Assembly: GCA_903870415.1 (NCBI GenBank)
Contig: CAIQDA010000094.1
Span: 1-62,290, forward strand
DNA length: 62,290 nucleotides
Reading direction: 5' to 3'
Source of the DNA: an uncultured delta proteobacterium
GTDB lineage: Bacteria; Myxococcota_A; Polyangia; Polyangiales; Polyangiaceae
In this document: in pieces, positions 58,701 to 62,290 of the stretch
Position numbering within the stretch: position 1 is the stretch's first letter
Layout: each line of letters starts with the position of its first letter
Translations under genes and position numbers: made by a program
Notes under the pieces: model-generated
The model's database searches: none
Seen by the model: only the letters and a program-made list of their open reading frames with translations
Told to the model about the DNA's origin: nothing

Positions 58701-58921
58701 CGTCCAACAAGAAGGGCACGAACGACAACTCGCTCGCGTTCTCCGCGACGCTGCCGCTCAAGGCCGGCGCGAACGTCGTCACCATCGTCGCACGCCACAG
58801 CCAGGAAACCACCACGCGGCGAGCTTTTGTCATTCGCCGCGACGGCGCGAGCGGAGAGCTTCTCGCCACCCAAAAGCGCACCGGCGACCTCGATGCGATC
58901 GATGAAGAGGGCGACGAATGA
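55772..58921 (+). CDS. S41 C-terminal-processing peptidase with PDZ domain and about 550-aa C-terminal extension of CARDB-like beta-sandwich repeats
   Basis: PDZ (GGLGIVISIRDQ...GTPAHRSGIRRYDRI). S41 core (LDLRGNGGGLL, GESASASEIVTGAL, TTFGKGSVQ). Repeats GEAADLRVTVTNKSRD... and GEALTMALTVRNVGKG.... Confidence 0.8.
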   Translation: MRSPAKLRFSLVLAAAAAASLLSVRGLRSGAPFWTGFPPQEAFAAASSGAKKGPYDLTQLRVISEVLRAINERYVDPKRVRPQEMLRGALDFVQRDVAQVLVTYDEGNTVAHIKADTQEQSFRLDDVVAPWDVAARLREVFAFLQKSLEGSDVDLREVEYAASNGMLHTLDPHSMLLTPEQHRDMKVQTRGQFGGLGIVISIRDQQLTVMNPMPGTPAHRSGIRRYDRITRIDNESTTNLGLNEAVSRLRGVPNTKVTVWVHREGPEGWEGSKAFELTREVIRVKSIDSKLLEGNVAYVRLKTFMAASLSTDMMKALEEMRRQGPLKGVVLDLRGNGGGLLDQAVRIVDAFVAEGPILATVGKAEGRDEHAARREGTEPNYPLVVLVDGESASASEIVTGALKNHDRAIIVGTTTFGKGSVQAVLEDMPDDTALKVTTAQYLTEPGDVSIQGVGVMPDIELDPMTVDPIEMDLVGKHEQLRERDLSRRLVSSRTRGEEKPFDVLRYVFPLRDRLELRERGFEDDGVRVDFPIRFARDLVSRLPSGSRTMQLQSAKTFLDQVRGREVASLADELKKIAIDWSDAPANLSAVAPPEPPLGVDVTVETSAPSNEVRAGEAADLRVTVTNKSRDHLHRVFAVTKSDAYYFNERELVFGHLKPGESKTVNVPLGVCTVEGRKPGSSAALPQDLPRTCRVPKDALSRADGVVVHFEEARGHAPSDSTIRVTTKALDRPVFAYEWAVIDDRRGNGDGRIQKGEALTMALTVRNVGKGASHDAQANLRNLSGDGLLLRDARFDLSNLKPDEARRFAFTFDVDPQLEGKEARMELVITDTELRESVAERITLPVEPPAELTPVRGAFDAARPVSLRSTPSNDAHVLGLMPAKSNALIVGTTGAFWKVALDGTRFAFVRKDEGTDSPKPGVPVQPLPPVLHGPPSIELSIPALVVREDHLSLSGSATDARGLVDAFIFVGGRKVFYASNKKGTNDNSLAFSATLPLKAGANVVTIVARHSQETTTRRAFVIRRDGASGELLATQKRTGDLDAIDEEGDE

Positions 58922-59673
58922 GTCACGCTTCTTCGCCGAGCGCGATTCGACTCCACGTGAACATCGATCACGTGGCGACCGTTCGCAACGCCCGCGGCAC
59001 CGCCTACCCGTGCCCGGTCGAAGCCGCCGTGGTCTGCATGGCGAGCGGCGCCGACGGCATCACCGCGCACTTGCGCGAAGACCGGCGACACATTCGAGAC
59101 GAAGACGTGCGACGGCTTCGCGAACGTATTTCTGGCACCTTCAACCTCGAAATGGCCGCGACCGACGAGATGGTGGCCATCGCCATCGCGACGAAGCCTG
59201 ACATCGTCACCCTCGTTCCCGAACGTCGCGAAGAACGCACGACCGAGGGCGGTCTCGACGTCATCGGTGGCGGCGCAGCGTTGCGCGCCCGGGTCGAGTC
59301 GTTGGTGCGCGCAGGCGTTCCCGTGTCACTCTTCATTGCGCCGAGCGAGGACCAGCTTCGCGCGAGCGCGGCCATCGGTGCCACGCAAGTCGAGTTCCAT
59401 ACAGGGGAATACGCGAACCTCACAGGGGCTGCGCAAGCTCTTGAGCTCCAGCGCATTGCCTCGGTTTGCACGTTGACGAAGACGCTCGGCCTTCAGGTTG
59501 CGCTTGGCCACGGCATCACGCTCGCGAACGTGGGGGCGCTTGCGAAACTCCCCGAAGTGCACGAGTTCAACATCGGCCATGCGCTCATCGGGGACGCGAT
59601 CTTTCTCTCGCTCGCCGGTGCGGTGCGTTCCTATCGCGGCGCACTCGATGCGGCGCGCAGCTCCGACGCATGA
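58918..59673 (+). CDS. pdxJ: Pyridoxine 5'-phosphate synthase
   Basis: LHVNIDHVATVRNARG, ITAHLREDRRHI, EFHTG. ATGA overlap with the upstream gene. Confidence 0.95.
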   Translation: MSHASSPSAIRLHVNIDHVATVRNARGTAYPCPVEAAVVCMASGADGITAHLREDRRHIRDEDVRRLRERISGTFNLEMAATDEMVAIAIATKPDIVTLVPERREERTTEGGLDVIGGGAALRARVESLVRAGVPVSLFIAPSEDQLRASAAIGATQVEFHTGEYANLTGAAQALELQRIASVCTLTKTLGLQVALGHGITLANVGALAKLPEVHEFNIGHALIGDAIFLSLAGAVRSYRGALDAARSSDA

Positions 59674-60050
59674 TTCTTGCGGTCGGCATCGACGTCGCCT
59701 CCATCGACCGAATGCAATCGGCGGTGACGCGTCATGGTGAGCGTTTCATTGCGCGACTCTTCTCTCCCGAAGAGCGCGCGTTTTTTTCTGCGCGTGAAGG
59801 TCGCGCTCTCTTTGCCACGCTCGCGGGTCGCTTCGCTGCAAAGGAGGCATGGTCGAAATGCCTCGATGGTGCACGCGGCATCCCGTGGCACGACGTGCTC
59901 GTGGTCGCCGATCGATCCGGCCGCCCACGCATCGAGGTGCGTGGTCAAGCGGCTCTTCGCTGTGCGACAATGGGCGTGGCGCGGACGCATCTCTCCATCA
60001 CGCATGATGCAGGGGTGGCCGCAGCGGTCGTCGTGCTCGAAGGGAACTAA
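59670..60050 (+). CDS. acpS: Holo-[acyl-carrier-protein] synthase
   Basis: MILAVGIDVASIDR...FAAKEAWSKC...SITHD. ATGA overlap with pdxJ. Confidence 0.9.
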   Translation: MILAVGIDVASIDRMQSAVTRHGERFIARLFSPEERAFFSAREGRALFATLAGRFAAKEAWSKCLDGARGIPWHDVLVVADRSGRPRIEVRGQAALRCATMGVARTHLSITHDAGVAAAVVVLEGN

Positions 60051-60055
60051 GTCTC

Positions 60056-61597
60056 GTGCAACCGATTCTCTCCAGGATGCAGCTTCGCCGTTACGACGAG
60101 GAGGCCGTGCGTCACGGCATCCCTTCGATTGTCCTCATGGAAAACGCGGCCCGCGGGGCGGCGGAGATCCTTGATCGAGACATCCTCGCCCAGCGCGGCG
60201 GGTTGCGTGGAAAGTGCATCCATATTTTGGTCGGCCCCGGCAACAACGGCGGCGACGGTCTTGCTCTTGCTCGTCACGTGCTTGCGCGCGGCGCCAAGCC
60301 GTTCGTACATGTGGCCGTCGACCCCACGACGATTCAGGGCACCGCGCAGACGATGCTCGACGCGTGGACGGCGTTCGGCGGCTCCGTTCGACTCCTTGGC
60401 TCGCGACCAAGTTTCGGCGACGACCCGACCGCGGACGACATCGTTGTCGACGCGCTCGTGGGCACGGGCCTGCAGCGTGACCTTGAGGGGCGTGTTCGTG
60501 AAGCCGCAGCGCTCGTCGATTCGCACCCGGGTCTTCGCATCGCTCTCGACCTTCCGAGCGGTCTCGACGCCGACACGGGACGCGTTCGGGGCTTTGCGCC
60601 GCACGTGGACCATACGCTGACGTTCGCCGCGCTGAAGACAGGCCTGCTCACGGGTGAAGGCGTGCTTCACGCGGGGCGCGTTCATCTCGTGGACCTCGGC
60701 GTCCCGGCGTCGCTCTTCGGCATGATCGGCACCTCCGGTGAACTCTTCGAACAGTGCGACGTGCCGCCGCTCCTCAGGCGCCGTACGGTCGATACGCACA
60801 AGGTTCGCGAGGGCCACGCGCTCGTGCTCGCCGGGTCTCCTGGCAAGACCGGCGCGGCCATGCTCACGGCGCGCGGCGTCCTTCGAACCGGCGCAGGTTT
60901 GTGTAGTCTGCACACCGATCCCCTCGCCTTGCCGAGCATGGAGGGTCGCTTGCCCGAGCTCATGGTCGAGGCCCTTGCGCCAACCATGGGCGTCAGCGAC
61001 TTTGACTCGCTCATCTCAGGAAAACACGCGGTCATCATTGGACCCGGCCTCGGTGTGGGCGGACGCACCGGCGAGCTCCTCGAGCACCTCTTCGCCCGTT
61101 ACGCCGCGCCCATCGTCGTCGACGCGGACGCGATCACCACGCTCAGTCGCCGACCCGACCTCGCCGCCAACGTTCCTCCGCACGCCATTCTCACTCCGCA
61201 CGCCGGTGAGGCCGCGCGCATGCTCGACGCCACCGCCGAAGAGATCGACGCCGACCGCTTCGGTGCGCTCCAAAACCTCGTCACGCTCACGCGCTGCACG
61301 GTGCTCCTCAAGGGCGCGCGCACCCTCATCGGCTCACCGGGTCGCGCTCCTCAGGCCATCGCGACCGGGTCTTCCGCGTTGGCGATCGGAGGGTCCGGCG
61401 ACGTGCTCGCAGGAATCATCGGAGCTCTCTGCTTGAAGCTCGAGCCCTTCGACGCTGCGCGCGTGGGCGCGGCCATCCACGGTCTCGCGGCCGATCGATT
61501 CACCGCCGAGACCGGCAGCGACCGCGGACTCTTGCCCTCGGAACTCGCCGACAGCCTGCCTCGACTCTTCGGCGAACTCTTGCCGCGTCTACGCTGA
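60056..61597 (+). CDS. nnr: Bifunctional NAD(P)H-hydrate repair enzyme (epimerase + ADP-dependent dehydratase)
   Basis: YjeF_N block (LVGPGNNGGDGL) and C-terminal kinase-fold blocks (GPGLG, GSGDVLAGIIGAL). GTG start. Confidence 0.9.
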   Translation: MQPILSRMQLRRYDEEAVRHGIPSIVLMENAARGAAEILDRDILAQRGGLRGKCIHILVGPGNNGGDGLALARHVLARGAKPFVHVAVDPTTIQGTAQTMLDAWTAFGGSVRLLGSRPSFGDDPTADDIVVDALVGTGLQRDLEGRVREAAALVDSHPGLRIALDLPSGLDADTGRVRGFAPHVDHTLTFAALKTGLLTGEGVLHAGRVHLVDLGVPASLFGMIGTSGELFEQCDVPPLLRRRTVDTHKVREGHALVLAGSPGKTGAAMLTARGVLRTGAGLCSLHTDPLALPSMEGRLPELMVEALAPTMGVSDFDSLISGKHAVIIGPGLGVGGRTGELLEHLFARYAAPIVVDADAITTLSRRPDLAANVPPHAILTPHAGEAARMLDATAEEIDADRFGALQNLVTLTRCTVLLKGARTLIGSPGRAPQAIATGSSALAIGGSGDVLAGIIGALCLKLEPFDAARVGAAIHGLAADRFTAETGSDRGLLPSELADSLPRLFGELLPRLR

Positions 61598-61615
61598 ACG
61601 CGCTGCTCTAGTCGC

Positions 61616-62173
61616 TTACGCGGACGTGCGCGTCGGGTTCCAAGGAACGTCAGCGCGCCCGGCCGCGTGGTTTGCAAAGCGCGCCATGACGAAGAGCAAG
61701 TCGCTCAGTCGGTTCAGGTACTGGACGACTGCAGGCCGCGTCGGCGTGTCGTCGAGCGCATGAATCGCGCGCTCGGCACGACGGCACACGGTGCGCGCAA
61801 GATGCAACATCGCCGCGGCCTTGGTGCCGCCCGGAAGAACGAACGTCGTCAGTGGCGCGAGGCGCGGATCGAGCGCGTCGATAAGCTCCTCGAGCCGGCA
61901 AACGTCCGACTCGTCGAGAAGGCGCAAGCGAAGCTTCTCTTCTTTTCCAGGGACGCATGCGAGCTCGGCGCCAAGCGTGAAAAGGTCTCCCTGAATCGAC
62001 GCGAGCGCAGCGTGAACCTCGTCGCCCAACGGCTCCGTCGCCGCGAGGCCCAGGCACGCGTTTAGCTCGTCGACCGTGCCGTAAGCCTCGACGCGCGTGG
62101 AGGCTTTGCGCACGCGGCCGCCGCCAAAAAGGCCTGTCGTTCCGTCGTCCCCGGTCTTCGTGTAGATCTTCAT
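61616..62173 (-). CDS. PduO-type ATP:cob(I)alamin adenosyltransferase
   Basis: MKIYTKTGDDGTTGL...RVEAYGTVDELN signature. 185 aa. Confidence 0.9.
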   Translation of the reverse strand: MKIYTKTGDDGTTGLFGGGRVRKASTRVEAYGTVDELNACLGLAATEPLGDEVHAALASIQGDLFTLGAELACVPGKEEKLRLRLLDESDVCRLEELIDALDPRLAPLTTFVLPGGTKAAAMLHLARTVCRRAERAIHALDDTPTRPAVVQYLNRLSDLLFVMARFANHAAGRADVPWNPTRTSA

Positions 62174-62290
62174 CGCGGCGTGATTCGTAGCAGCAGCGCG
62201 CGCGCGCGGCGTTCGTGTTTGAACGCGACCGAGCGTCTTTTTTCGTTCGGAATCGTCGCCGCGGCCACCTTGACCGCAAGGCAGTTCTGC
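62170..62290 (-). CDS. Possible 3' end of an upstream minus-strand gene (partial, unknown product)
   Basis: A minus-strand frame is open from the window edge (...AFKHERRARALLLRITPR*). It ends in a TGA that overlaps the adenosyltransferase ATG (ATGA). GC3 is moderately high. Confidence 0.25.
   Translation of the reverse strand, partial: QNCLAVKVAAATIPNEKRRSVAFKHERRARALLLRITPR

Overview
This is a very GC-rich bacterial chromosomal segment with strong third-codon-position GC bias, so long antisense 'shadow' ORFs are common. I call about 52 protein-coding genes. They are densely packed, and many adjacent pairs share 4-nt ATGA/GTGA start-stop overlaps. I could find no rRNA, tRNA, CRISPR array, transposase, integrase or phage genes by eye. 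The domain repertoire suggests a Myxococcota-like organism, but that is inference only. It includes DUF4388, 7TMR-DISM hybrid kinases, Cys-rich lipoproteins, an orphan GspE-like ATPase and Omp85 proteins.

Much of the window is housekeeping: ppx-like, acyl-CoA dehydrogenase, queE, phnA, rhlE, yaeQ, maiA, uvrC, glmS, udk, serS, pdxJ, acpS, nnr and a PduO-type adenosyltransferase.

The most unusual region is a co-directional minus-strand cluster at about 15.06-24.25 kb, possibly extending to 26.19 kb. It joins four kinds of component:
- a processive HAS/NodC-like GT2 synthase;
- an exported PIG-L (CE14) deacetylase lipoprotein and a Cys-rich lipoprotein;
- two ATP-grasp-type ligases, an M61 metallopeptidase, a membrane protein and a serine esterase;
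- upstream, a GAF-plus-Enzyme-I-N-terminal protein that lacks both the phospho-histidine and the PEP-binding domain.

Other notable items:
- two paralogous 7TMR-DISM receptors with a kinase-receiver-kinase architecture;
- a T2SSE_N-like / HD-GYP / REC / DUF4388 fusion protein;
- an orphan GspE-like ATPase;
- an RHH plus zinc-ribbon regulator preceded by CGTGATAC repeats.

All functional calls come from by-eye motif and family recognition. None was verified by a database search.
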